From assembly GCF_009914755.1 (NCBI RefSeq), contig NC_060932.1: a stretch of 64,000 nt of DNA, one strand, 5' to 3'. Both the position numbers and the translations under genes were made by a program. This DNA comes from the human T2T-CHM13v2.0 reference genome, Homo sapiens. Positions 12,709 through 27,133 of this stretch are shown here, piece by piece (the stretch's first letter is position 1; each line of letters opens with the position of its first letter). The notes beneath the pieces were generated by a model. It was not told where the DNA came from. It saw nothing but the letters and a program-made list of their open reading frames with translations, and made no database searches.

Positions 12709-13061
12709 ACCACGCTACTCCTTCAGTCGCCGTTGGATTACTGTGTGTTGAGAACACACTCGGCAACCACTTTAAAGGACAACGCAGGCTGGTAAAGGAA
12801 AAGTACGACAAGGGGGGGCGGTGGAATCGCAGGGTCTTGGCATCGCGGACCCCAGACACCTGGGTTGAGGGCCTTTCCCGGGTCAGTCAGGCTAGCGAGC
12901 CGGAGCGTTCTGTCTTTCTGCGCACGCGTAGAGCACACAGGCCGGCTCTGGGGTTCTGCGCTCCTCGGATTACGCATGCTCAGTGCAATCTTCGGTTGCC
13001 TGGACTAGCGCTCCGGTTTTTCTGTGCTGAACCTCAGGGGACGCCGACACACGTACACGTC

Positions 13062-13154
13062 CCTTCGATAGCTCAGCTGGTAGAGCGGAGGACTGTAGCT
13101 ACTTCCTCAGCAGGAGACATCCTTAGGTCGCTGGTTCGATTCCGGCTCGAAGGA
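13062..13154 (+). tRNA. tRNA-Tyr(GTA) with a 20-nt intron (13099-13118)
   Basis: CCTTCGATAGCTCAGCTGGTAGAGCGGAGGACTGTAG / intron / ATCCTTAGGTCGCTGGTTCGATTCCGGCTCGAAGGA; 73-nt mature body; A and B boxes intact. Confidence 0.99.
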
Positions 13155-13165
13155 GACAAGTGCGG

Positions 13166-13172
13166 TTTTTTT
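13166..13172 (+). terminator. Pol III terminator (T7)
   Basis: T run 11 nt after the tRNA-Tyr 3' end. Confidence 0.85.
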
Positions 13173-13682
13173 CTCCAGCTCCCGATGACTTATGGCACTT
13201 TCCTTGGGTGCCTTCAGTGACACATTGCATTCCAACGAGCAGTTTGAAAGTCTAGCGCTTTCTCCCCATTTTGGGCCTCCCAGCCTGCACGGTAATTCTT
13301 TTTAGCCATTCGCCCTGCGGGAACGTGTCCGGGCAGGTTCCCAGCGCAGCTGTGGGTCTGCGCTTGGCCGAGCGACTGCCGGGTCACGACTTCTGCGTCT
13401 TCTTAACCCGTCTTTGGCATTGCCCGGGCCCCGAGTCACACAGGAGGCAGCGCCGGCTCCAGGGGGCCAGGCGGGGACCTTCTCCTCAGAGCCCCGGGCA
13501 GCTTCTGCGACCCGAGGGCTCGCAACGGCTGCCGTGAGGAGGTGGGGGGTCCGCGGGAAGAGGTATCTGGCGCTCCCGGAACCTGGGAATCAGAAAGAGA
13601 GAACACAATACTAAAAACACGAAGCCTAAAAATGACACAATGTTATGGAGACAAGGCGGCACCCGGGAAGCTGTGCCCGCTC

Positions 13683-13771
13683 CCTTCGATAGCTCAGCTG
13701 GTAGAGCGGAGGACTGTAGGCGCGCGCCCGTGGCCATCCTTAGGTCGCTGGTTCGATTCCGGCTCGAAGGA
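13683..13771 (+). tRNA. tRNA-Tyr(GTA) with a 16-nt intron (13720-13735)
   Basis: Mature sequence identical to the first copy; intron GCGCGCGCCCGTGGCC at the canonical 37/38 position. Confidence 0.99.
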
Positions 13772-13794
13772 GAGACACCCCCCCCCCCCCATTA

Positions 13795-13798
13795 TTTT
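13795..13798 (+). terminator. Minimal Pol III terminator (T4)
   Basis: First T4 after the second tRNA-Tyr, following a C13 tract. Confidence 0.6.
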
Positions 13799-13885
13799 GT
13801 TGCTTTGAACCAAAAAAGTCTGTCTTCAGCGCTCAATGTTCTGACCCTTCTCTAAAGGAACAGATAATAAGCCGTGCCCAGCCGT

Positions 13886-13958
13886 GGGGGATTAGCTCAA
13901 ATGGTAGAGCGCTCGCTTAGCATGCGAGAGGTAGCGGGATCGATGCCCGCATCCTCCA
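13886..13958 (+). tRNA. tRNA-Ala(AGC)
   Basis: GGGGGATTAGCTCAAATGGTAGAGCGCTCGCTTAGCATGCGAGAGGTAGCGGGATCGATGCCCGCATCCTCCA; G3:U70 identity pair; T4 at 13960-13963. Confidence 0.99.
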
Positions 13959-15364
13959 GTTTTCCTTCCTGTCCCGTACGGTTTTTCTTTCGATTCTCAG
14001 CCCAAACTAGAGCTGAAAAGTCAGACGAAGTCAGGTGAAGAGTAGGGCGAGCTCCAGCTTACCACTCTAAAACTTCCCAGACAATGAGTGGTGGGCGCTA
14101 GCAGTTTATCCTTCTAGCTTTAAATTTTTAGACCCATTTAATTGGGGGGAAATTCACGAAACTGGTTATTTTTGCTTCAAAAATGGCGACAGATTGCCGT
14201 CACATGTATTATCACTCAGAATCCTTTATGATTTGTGATAAGATGTCTGCATTTCCAGGGACTCATCTGAGGCTAAGCTGCCCATAGTTCGGGGAGACCC
14301 ACAGGGAAAACAAAACAAGAAACAGAGAACTTGGAAACGGACGCTGATTACTTTGAACGTTTGCTCAACCGAGGAAGCAGGAACTGTTCGGCCCCATCTC
14401 AAGTCCGCAGGGCGGACTGCCTGGCTCTGGGCAGATCCGAGGTGGATAGGACAAGGCAAAAGGTAGCCCTGGAGAGGTGAGTGGATAAAGTCCCTGGACA
14501 CAGGGGCTGCCGTTGGAGGAGGTTGTAATGTCATTGTCCTCCTGTGGAAGTTAACTGTGGAGAATTAACTAGAGACCAGCGCTGAGAGAGAATTAATTGG
14601 ATAAAAGTTCTATCTAGGACAGTCCTTGAGCGTAATTTTGTGAAGCAAACACAAGACAACAACAAAACGAGTAAAACCTAAACACACATCCACACACTCA
14701 CTGAAAGATTCAGAGATTGCACAGAACACAAAGACTTTTCTGGTAATAAAATCTCCCTATCCTAATTTTCTAGAAAAAAAGCTGTTGAAGCCACCGCGCA
14801 GTTCTTACAAGACATAACACAAATCTTCCACACAAAGGCAGAAATACAGTATCAACCTTTGTGAGGAGTACAGCAAATAAATGATGTTTCTTTAGGGTCC
14901 TAGGCAACCTGTATGCTTTTGTTACCAGTGTATACAACATGGTATGGTTTATTGCTATCTTTCATTTTCTAGGGTGGTCTCCATTTTTACCTCGTTTTAT
15001 TATTTTCAATAGTCTTTTAGTTGAATGTATTGTAAATTACTTGAAATATAACATCAGGATGTTCATAAAAACAAATTCACAAAGTAAGAAAAAGAATTAT
15101 TTTATCAGATGACATGTCCCAGTTTCTAGTTTGGGATTATGGGTGTTCTAGCTGGCTGAGGGGAGGAACTGGCAGTGAAACTTTAAGTGACCGAAAGAGC
15201 AAGAAGTAAGTAGTAAGTCAAAGGAATAGGAAGTAATGCGCCCAAAACCCAGTGGAGGACACACGTTTCGGGGAGGTGACCTGGGCCAAAACTCAAAGGA
15301 TATCTCAGAGTCAGCAACCCAAGCTGGGAATGGAATTCACATACAAAGCTCAAAGGTACAAATC

Positions 15365-15605
15365 AGGAAGCAGTAATGCATAGTGGTTAGTCAGGCAGGC
15401 TGTAAAACCTGATGGCCTTTCTTGGCTTTGCTACTTGTAGCTGCATGACCACAGGCAGGTTGCTTGACATTTCGGTGCTTCAGTGTCTTTGTTTCTCAAG
15501 TGGGGATATAATAATGATACCTACTTTTAATTAAGATATAACATGTAAAGGCCTTAGTACAGTGCCTGGCACATAGTAAACACAAAGTAAACATTAGCTG
15601 TTATG
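15365..15605 (+). mobile_element. MIR SINE
   Basis: gcatagtggttag...gcttcagtgtctttgtttctcaagtgggg...gtacagtgcctggcacatagtaa. Confidence 0.75.
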
Positions 15606-15957
15606 AGTGTGCAAGGAAAGAAGAAACAGAAACATAAAATGCCATTTCCCTGGCAAACTGTAGAGATTCGGACACATTTCAGCACCTAGAGGCCGGGCAA
15701 GCATAGCATCATACAGCGAAGGCCTGGGGGAATTAGTCTAAGGGTTTGTATATGCGTTTATATAAATATATATGGAAGTGCTTGGAAAGAGGTGCTTGGA
15801 TCTACTGTGTAGGGAAAGTAGGAAGAACAATGCTAAAAATACAATATGATGGTTAGATATATTATGGTATGGCCATGTAACGAAATATATATAGCTCTCA
15901 AAATTATATTTATTAAGAACTTATATTGACATGGGAAATGTTAATAATCAAATTCTA

Positions 15958-16375
<418 letters not shown>

Positions 16376-16384
16376 TCATAAAGA

Positions 16385-17045
16385 GAACACCAGCCCCTGA
16401 GGCTTCAGTAGTGAATTCTACCAAACAATTAAGGTAGAAAAAAAATACCAATTATATACAAATTTTTCCAAAAAAACTGATGAAGAGGGAGTACTTTCCA
16501 ACTCATTCTATGAAGTCTCTGATACCAAAATCAGGCAAAGACATTATAGAAAAAGAAAATTACAGACCAATATAGCTTATGAATGTAGATGCAAAAATTC
16601 TCAACAAAATTTTAGCTAAGTAAATCCAACAACATATAAAAAGGAAAATACATTATGACTAAGTGAGATTTATCCCAGGAATACAAGACTGGCTCAACAT
16701 TCAAATTCATAACATTAAACAGATTAAAGAAAAAAAATCATGTGATCATCTCAGCTGATGCAGAAAAAGCATTTGACCAAAGTCAACATCCATTCCTGCT
16801 TTTTAAAACTGTCAGCAAATTTGGAGGGGAAGGGAACTTATTCAACCTGATGAAGGACATAAGTGAAACACATGCAGCTTACCTGATGCTTAATATTAAA
16901 GAACAGTGCTTTCCTCCTAAGACCAAGACCAAGGCAAGGGTGTCCATTCTGAGTTTTCAGCTCTTGCCAGGGCAATAAAGCAAAGGAAATGAAGTAAAAG
17001 ACCTCCACATAGGAAAGGAAGAGGGAAAACTGTCTCTGTACGCAC
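16385..17045 (+). mobile_element. L1 ORF2 (reverse transcriptase region) fragment
   Basis: Peptides [14 protein letters not shown] and IISADAEKAFD. Confidence 0.9.
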
Positions 17046-17581
17046 ATCTAACTTTTAAACAATATTGGTTACATGTTGAAATGATAATATTTTAGATGTT
17101 CTGGGGTTAAGTAAAATACAATAATATTTTTATTTATTTTTAGATTTTTTAAATGTGGCTACTACAAAATTTAAAATCATGTATATGGCTCATATTTGTC
17201 ACATACATCTTATTTCTCTGGACAGTGCAAGTCGGAGAGATAGGCAAGGGCCAGATCATATCAGGTCTTGGGACCACAGTGAGGATTAATATCTTTATCC
17301 TAGAGGTGATGTGACCATTAATAGGTTTTAAATAAGGGGTGACTTGTGAGAAGTGGATTGCAGAAGGCAAGAGTGAATTCAGAGAAATCAGTTAAGAGGG
17401 TCGGGTGGAGGAGAAGTGGGGGTGGGTATGGGTGGTGAGGGTGAAACCAACGTTTGGGGTTCAGACATGGGCCATTGGGAAGACCTTGGGCTAAAGTATT
17501 CGCTACTTGTTGGGACTGTCGCTGCTTATTTCTGGCACATATGTAATGAGTGTTTCTTATTGCCAAGAAGTGTTCAGAGGA

Positions 17582-17939
<358 letters not shown>

Positions 17940-18566
17940 TCAGAGATCTTTATGATGAAGTAAAATTTATAAACAACAGATTTGAAGAAGGAGTGATTAT
18001 CAAATGAACAAAAGATTTCAAGCAGAAGTTGGCAAACCATCTAATGAAAGAAATGCCAGTGTTAGCTACTGTTTAGTGCTTTTCAAGTTCATTTCTTTTT
18101 GATTTTAGATTTTGTAAGATGTTTCTTTTCATTAAAAATTTAAAAATCACATATGCAAGCTACCTATTGCCAGGTAGACAGCTAAATAGAAAAGACTGAT
18201 GACACAGGCAGAGGGAAAACATTTAGTATTTTGTAGATGTCATGGGTCAAGTCCTCAGTGCAAAGGGATGGCAAGAATCTTTGTATGGAAAGAGAGTTCT
18301 GGGTTATATTTTTTGGAATAACTTTTAAAGTTGTTACATGGAGGGAAATTTCTAAGCCAAATAATGGTTAGAAAGTGCTTTATTTGGGCCACACCCTGAG
18401 CTCTAGGATACCAAAGGAAATAACATTATGCCTTCTGTGGTCAGATGGGTTATATCTGGCAGGACTGATAACAGAGCCTGGTGCTTGGAACACCAGCTCA
18501 TTGAAATCCCAGATGAAGTGTGGCCTTCTCTCCGCTGCTCATGAGTGGTGTTCTCACTAAAAAAGG

Positions 18567-18612
18567 GAGGGATGGGTGGATGGATGGTTGGATGGATGGA
18601 TGGACAGGTGGA
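18567..18612 (+). repeat. Imperfect (GGAT)n repeat
   Basis: Read directly. Confidence 0.8.
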
Positions 18613-19464
18613 TGCATGCATGCATGTGTGAATATTGCAAGAAAGAATTAACAGCCTCACTGGCTCAGTTTAAGAGGACCTGGTTTGCACAAGATTAAGT
18701 GTTGACCTTTGTTTTGGCATGGGATTAAAATAATTTTCAGATTATATTGGTGCTGGAGTTGACCTGAAAGTCTTGGTCCACTGGTGCCCTAGTGCTCCAG
18801 CCCAACTAAACTTCCTTCTTCAGCAATCACTGACTCTCTGCCTCCACATCCACATCATCTGATGTTCTTTCCCTGTTTTAATTCTTAGGCAGCCACCCTC
18901 TTTCTCACTTCCAGTGGGCACAAGAAAGCAAGAATACTTCCTTTCTACCTTAGAGGCTGAGCCAAGAGTAAGATCAGTCTTCCGACTCCTCTTGTTTTCT
19001 CTTTCATCAGGACTGCACTCTCTCTGCTCACTGTTTTGCTTCAAACCATATCGGTTTTTTATTTCCTTTTAGCTGTACTCTCCATCTAACCATAAGTTCT
19101 TTGTTCTGTTTGATGAACAAATGGCTCCTTAAACTAAGCCTGGATTATTTTCAAGTACCTGGACTTGCAATTACCTGCACCAAAGAGACAAAAGAGAACA
19201 TGGGTAAGTGAAATGCCAAGGATGTTCTGGAATCTTCAGGATTCTTTGGGATTTTCTAATGTCTCCCGTTCTCAGAATGCTCTGACCTATTTTGACAGTT
19301 ACAATGAAGAATCAGTGCTGCTCTTCTGACCATTCTGGGGCGAGTGGGGATTCACATCACTCTAGCCAGAGAGTACAAAATCACCAAAAGACGGTGACCC
19401 AGTTCTTGTTGGAGAGTCCTTCATATGCATTTGAATTTGCCCCCAATATTTTTTTATATCTCAT

Positions 19465-19675
19465 GTTCTAGGGCTGGTTGTCTAGTATAATAACCACTAT
19501 CCACATGTGGACATTTAAATATAAGTTTAAATTAATACAGTTTAAAATTTAGTTTCAGAGCTGCACTGTGCACATTCCAAGTACTCAAGAACCACAAGTG
19601 ACTAGAGATTGGACACTACAGATATAGAACATTTCCATCATTAGCGGAAATTCTTATGGACAGTGCCCTTCTAAA
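19465..19675. mobile_element. MER3/MER33-like hAT-Charlie MITE
   Basis: gttgtctagtataataaccactatccacatgtgg...ggaaattcttatggacagtgc. Confidence 0.6.
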
Positions 19676-19964
19676 GCATGGGTGTGGTGCAGCTTAGTGG
19701 GTGAGGTCATGGGCTCTGTGCTCAAAAGATGTGTCTCTCAGTGTGCATCACAGTTCAGCAGCCACGTGACTCAGGGCAACTACTTAACTTGCTCAGCCAC
19801 AGTTGACTCAGTGGAGATAATAATACCTGAGACAGGGAGCTGTGACATGAAGTAATGGGTATTCAGTACATATTTATCATATTTGTTGTAGTGGTATAAT
19901 AGTAAAAATAATTTTAGCATCCCTTTCCTCTCTTCCCTAGATGAAAAACACACTGAGCTCTTAC

Positions 19965-20708
19965 TATATAATAAAGAACTTAGCTGGTCTTTGTCCCAAG
20001 TCCCTGAGTGGGAGCCTCTAAATCCTTAGAATTTCCCGAGTGACAGACATGCCTTTGTTATTCATCGTGGGCCCTGCTAGTTTATGCTAATGAGATAACT
20101 ATGGACGGGGAAGGGGGGTTGGGGCTAGCCATGTCAGAAAGACCAACCATGAGATGAGAATCTTGGGGCTTTAAGCCATGTGATGTCAGCCCAACCTCCA
20201 GGGAGGCAAGGAGAAGCTGAAGATTGAGATCAGTCACAAAGCTAATGATTCCATCAATCATGCCTGCATAATGAAACCCCCATAAGAACTCTGGACACAG
20301 AAGCTCGGGTGACCTTCCCTGGTTAACAGCACTCTGTGTGCATTGTTACACATTCGTGTGCCAGGAGGGTGATGCATCCTGACTCCACTGGGAGAGGACA
20401 TGGAAGTTCACATTTGGGACACCCTGCAACCTTGCCCTATGCATTTCTTCTTTTGGCCGGTCTTAATTTGTATTCTTTTTGGCTCTAATAAAACTGTAAT
20501 CATAAATATAATGTTTTCCTGAGTTCTGTGAGTCATTCTACCAAACTAAGGGGGTAGTGGGAACCTCCAAATTTGTAGCCAGTTGGTCAGAAGTGCAGGA
20601 CCTGGGAACCCCAGAGTTTGCTGTTGGTGTCTGAAGTCAGGACAGACCATGCCCTTTACTTGTGAAATTTGGCCTAACTCCAGGTAGGTCATGTCAGAAT
20701 TCCATTGC
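19965..20708 (+). mobile_element. MER21-like solo LTR
   Basis: ctggtctttgtccc...gagcctctaaatccttagaatttcccgagtga; AATAAA near 20487. Confidence 0.7.
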
Positions 20709-21156
20709 AGATCTACATCTCTTTCCTGGGCCCTGGCCCCTGAAAAAGCCTGGTTCCATTTGGCCCGGCAGCTACAGGTTGAAAGAGGTCAAAAGCCTTC
20801 TCTTTTTGTTGTTACCCTTCAGCGTCACATCCACTGTTGGGTGCACACTCAGGTTCCTAGGGACCCATCTAATTTCCCCAGACATACCTGGGAGACTGGA
20901 AAACTGTTGAAAGAGGGGAAGGTGGTGGTGACTTTGCTTCAGTTTTTCAATGTGTCTTAACATACTCCAGCCCCAGGCTGGTGGGACTCAGAAACGAGGG
21001 ACAACCAGGACTTCCAACCATGGCAGCTCCCTGTGTAATTGCTCCCGATCAGTTTCTAGCTTCTGTCCTGATGTGTGTGGTAAGAGTGGGGGTGGAAGTG
21101 GGGCAAGCAATGCAGTCCTTCTATATAAACCAAAATACCTTCAGGAGACTACACTT

Positions 21157-21556
21157 TGTTGAATTAAGTTTGACCTAAAGCTACCTTCATACATATTTTA
21201 GGTTTCACCTAAAGATTTCTTGTACATAGTGAACTGTCACCCAACTGGGTGTCTAAACAGACTGTAACGTGCTCTTGTAACAGGTCGCTGAGTCTCAGCC
21301 AATCCCAGGTGGTCAGCTGTTAAACTGGGTTCAAATAAGGCAAACGCTGAGCTGTTACCAATCCAGCTAACTCTGTGCCTCACTTCTGTTTTCTGTATAT
21401 CACTTCCTTTTCTCAGTCCATAAATCTTATCCAACCGTAGGGCAGCCCTTGAATCACTGAATCTATTCTGGTTCTGAGGGCTGCCCCATTCATGAATCAT
21501 CCTTTGTTCTATTAAATTTTGTTAATTTTAATTTGTCTAAATTTTTTCTTTTATCA
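21157..21556 (+). mobile_element. MER57-like ERV1 solo LTR
   Basis: Starts TGTTGAATTAAGTTTGACCTAAAGCT, ends in CA, contains two CCAAT boxes. Confidence 0.75.
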
Positions 21557-21834
21557 GCTGGTTTTCATGTCCCTGCGCAGGCTCAGGTCCACTCCAAATC
21601 CCGGAGCCTGAAGATGACTTAAATTCTGATTCAAGTCCAGAATTTCCCCAACCTCCTGGACCCTGTGAATGATTTGGGAGTGAATAAAATGTTCTGATTT
21701 CTCCTTAGAGCAGAGCACTCCCTCCTGTGTCCCACTTACAGCTCACACACCCACCCCATGGATTGGTGTCTGAGAGCAGGGAGGAGCAAGGAATGGAGAA
21801 AAAAGAATGCAGAGAGGAAGGTGGTTATTATTCA

Positions 21835-23565
<1,731 letters not shown>

Positions 23566-24309
23566 TTCTGTTTCAGAGGTTTTTGTTTTTTTCTACAAAT
23601 ACTGCTAAATTAGGTTATGAACCCCACTCACTTATAGAGGGCAGAACTGAAATCCTCCTAGGTGAAGTCACTTTCCAAGACCACAAAGGGAGGTAGATGC
23701 AGAAGCTGGGAGAAAGCCTGACTGTCTCTGACTCACTCTGCAGCCTCTCACTACATCGTCGGTTACTCAGGCTCAGGCATCTGAGTCATCTGTGTGGATT
23801 CTACTTTCATAGCAGCCCCAGGGATCATTTCCTCCTTTCCTTCCCCACTGCCATGACCTGTGCCAGGGCTTCGCGACCTCTCACCTGGACTATTGGCAAC
23901 AGCCTCTGATCTGGTTTTTAGCCAGCCACCTTCATGCTAATCTAACCCAATCATCGCTGAAAGATCAATCTAACCAACCACTGCTCTCACGGAAGTGTCC
24001 AGTGAGAAACTTTTAACGACTTCCTGCTGCTTAACTTATTAAGTGTTAAAAACTCTTTAGCACAGTATCCATGGCCAGCCAATGCTTGAGCGCGTGCCTG
24101 CACTCCAGCTCAAGCCACCGTGGCTCTGAGATCCCCTGCATGCCTGTGCATGCCCATGTTGCTGCTTCTGTGCCTTCTCTTGGAAAGCCCCAGCCATGCC
24201 CCACCTAACTACACGTCCATCCCTCTGAGATCCTCGGTGCAGCAGTTCAAACACTACCCCCACCCATGAAGCCCTTCTGATTCCTCTGACCCTGAAATGC
24301 TGTAGCTGT

Positions 24310-24960
24310 TGTGAAAGGAAAATAAATATTGGTATCCCAAAATCATTAAGCCAAAGGGAAAAGTCAAGCTGGGAACTGCGTCAGGCAAACCTGCCTCCCA
24401 CGTTATTCCTAAATAAGATAGCTACAAAGATTTAAACGCTACATACCTCCCTTACAATTTGCACACTGGGAAATTCCTTATAGGCCCCAATATCTTTACC
24501 CTAAAACAGTTTTGTTGAATTTTACCCTGACAGTGTAAATTGACAGCTTATCTTCACAGGCATGGTACGAAGGACAGAACTCTAAGTCATCTCTCTGCTC
24601 ACCTGAGACAAATGCATATCTGCTTTCTTCCTCTAATGTAAAAATGCAGACTCACTGAGCTAAAGGAAGACATAAATGACTATTATTCCTCTACCCACCG
24701 CCCAGCCCCAACATGTAAATTATGTATTTGGTGAAAGGCTGATCAAAGACTCAGAAGAATGCAACTGTTTGCCTCTTATCTACCCACAACTGAAATTTTT
24801 TTTCTCTTTCCCCAATATCCATTCTTTTCCCTTTAAATATTAAAGCCTTCGAAATCTTCTTTGGAGAAAGATGCAGGCCTGCCTCCTGGCACGCGCCCTT
24901 AACCTTGACAAAACAAACTTTCTCGATTGAGACCTGTCTCAGGTACTTTTTGGCTTGTAC
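24310..24960 (+). mobile_element. MER4-family solo LTR inserted in L2-like sequence
   Basis: tgtgaaaggaaaataaat...gggaaaagtcaagctgggaactg, a start shared with the LTR at 21838. Confidence 0.8.
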
Positions 24961-26719
24961 TCTTTATCACATTTTATTTTGTACTATGTTCTGTGTGTGC
25001 ATGTCTCATCTCCACTCTTATACTGAGCTCCTTGAGGCCAATGACCTATGTCTTGTTCATCTTTCAATACCCAGAGCCTCACACAATGGAGACACACTAC
25101 ACATATCCAATGAATGTATTTTGAAGGAATGAATTCCTTCTAAAAGAAAAGACTCTGCTGCAATGTGCATGATTAGTCTAAGTGCTTTTACTTAGATAGC
25201 AAGGTCTTTTGCAGTAGAAACTTAATCTTTCCTAGAAAATATCCCACATATTGTACTCAGACCTCCCCTCCATAGCCCATGAATTGATAAACACAATTAA
25301 CTGCCTAGGCTGGGTGAACCAAAGTAACTCAGTAAAAAAACTTTACCAGTTCCCGTCCTCCCTGTAGTTGCTAAATAAATATTGAAAGGACTAAGATAAT
25401 TCTCTAAAGATCCCTGATATGCTTATGAATATATATAACTTATTATTAGTTAATAGAGCTTACTAGATTCTCAATAAGCTCTCCGTGCACACAGCACTAA
25501 GACCACACATAACTGACCTACACTTCACTGGTAATTTAATTCACACCAGGGATATGTTAACAAAATGTGTTTATTGCCCAAGGTTTTTAAAATGAAGGAG
25601 AAAGAAAGCCGAAATTTATCACATATAAACAGACTTGGATTTCTTTTTTATTTTTGATCTGATTTAAACATTTTTAAATACAATATGTATTGGTTAAACT
25701 GTTGCTTCACAAAATCCTGATGAATGTCAGAATCGATGTTTATGACTCAAGAGCAGACCAAGAATATCAGAAATGACCAGAGAAACTATGGTTTAACAAG
25801 TCACCTTGGAGGAAGGGGAAATGCAAGGGAGAATAGGTATTTTGGAGGCAGATGAAATGCAGATATGGAAGTAGGACTCCATTTATACTTCAGTTGTCAA
25901 TGGCACTGGTAACTGTCCCCCAAGGGATGACAAAATAAAATAATAGATCTGCCACCTCCAGGTGCCTGCCAGTTACTACCTCATTACAGATTATTGTTGC
26001 AAACTATTATATAATTTAAGAATTTAAATAATCAGTAAAAGACTATCAAATTTTCTTTGTGTTTTTGGGTGTATGTAGGAGGTGGGGCAGTATAGGATGA
26101 AAGAGGGCCAAGGAAGAGGAAAGCAATGTGGAAGAGCAAACAGCATACTAGAGTTGTTTTATAATGTAACTTTTTTCTCAAATAATTAGATCATCCACTG
26201 GTTTTGAATTTTTATTTATGCATGTATTTATTTATTTATTAGGTGGATACCTTTATGGTGAAGGGATTTGAATTTAGCTTTTAAATTGGAATTTTTCAAA
26301 GACCACAACCCCAGCTGACAAAGATGAAATACTTAACATTAAGAAAGTCTTTTTGATGATTGCCTTTGTGAAGCCAGGATAACAATTTTCGAGACATGTT
26401 TTGTTCATTTTCACCTAAGAAGGTGCTATTAGGCTACTTTCCGTGACTCAATTCCTACACTCTCAAGACAGGGCTGGCATTAGTTACACAGACTCTGTGC
26501 TGCGTTCTGCCCCTTCCTGGAGAAGCCATCGCCAAGTTCTCAGTGAGTGCTCACAGAGGGCATGGTTCAGTGGCTAGGCATGCACATTTGCATTTGTTGT
26601 TGACAACTGTCAGCTTCGACCTCCTTCTCCTCACAACCCCGTCTAAATGGGGTTTGTAATCCTCCTTCCCACCCACTCTCTTCACTCCCTGGGGCAAGAA
26701 TGTTGACTCCTGCTCTCCG

Positions 26720-26810
26720 TCACCTGTCAGGATCCATCCTCCTGTCACTGGCTTATATGGACACGTCAGCCCACCGTCACGTGACCGCAGGCTGCTAAAA
26801 ACAGCTCCAG
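26720..26810 (+). promoter_or_regulatory. TRIM55: TRIM55 proximal promoter motif cluster
   Basis: E-box CACCTG (26721), CArG-like GCTTATATGG (26751), palindrome GTCACGTGAC (26776), MEF2-like CTAAAAACAG (26795); about 160-245 nt upstream of the ATG. Confidence 0.6.
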
Positions 26811-26965
26811 CACCCACTCCAAACCAGGGCCTGAAACAATGTCCTCCACCGAGAGAAACGTAAAGGACACTTGATCACACAATCCCTGGAATAATATCCA
26901 GGAAACACTTGCTGGAGCCACTCGCAGCACCCTTCCCTGGCAGCACACTTGGGGACAGCGAGGAG

Positions 26966-27133
26966 ATGAGCGCATCTCTGAATTACAAATCTTTTTCCAA
27001 AGAGCAGCAGACCATGGATAACTTAGAGAAGCAACTCATCTGTCCCATCTGCTTAGAGATGTTCACGAAACCTGTGGTGATTCTCCCTTGTCAGCACAAC
27101 CTGTGTAGGAAATGTGCCAGTGATATTTTCCAG
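26966..27133 (+). CDS. TRIM55: TRIM55/MuRF2 coding exon 1 (N-terminal part of the RING finger)
   Basis: [56 protein letters not shown]; donor CAG|gtaggt; 168 nt, ends in phase 0. Confidence 0.98.

Larger units (their letters stand above)
12400..14520. promoter_or_regulatory. CpG island containing the tRNA cluster
   Basis: High GC content and dense CpGs relative to CpG-depleted flanks. Confidence 0.85.

Noticed and set aside
12837-13855. ORFs sharing the peptides SIAQLVERRTV and ILRSLVRFRLEG
   Set aside because: These are translations of the two identical tRNA-Tyr bodies, not paralogous proteins.
17398-17460. G-rich, potentially G-quadruplex-forming tract
   Set aside because: It is intergenic with irregular loops and no functional context.
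26909-26965. N-terminal extension of TRIM55 from an upstream TTG
   Set aside because: It is open in frame, but the TTG context is poor (C at -3 and +4) and nothing else supports it.
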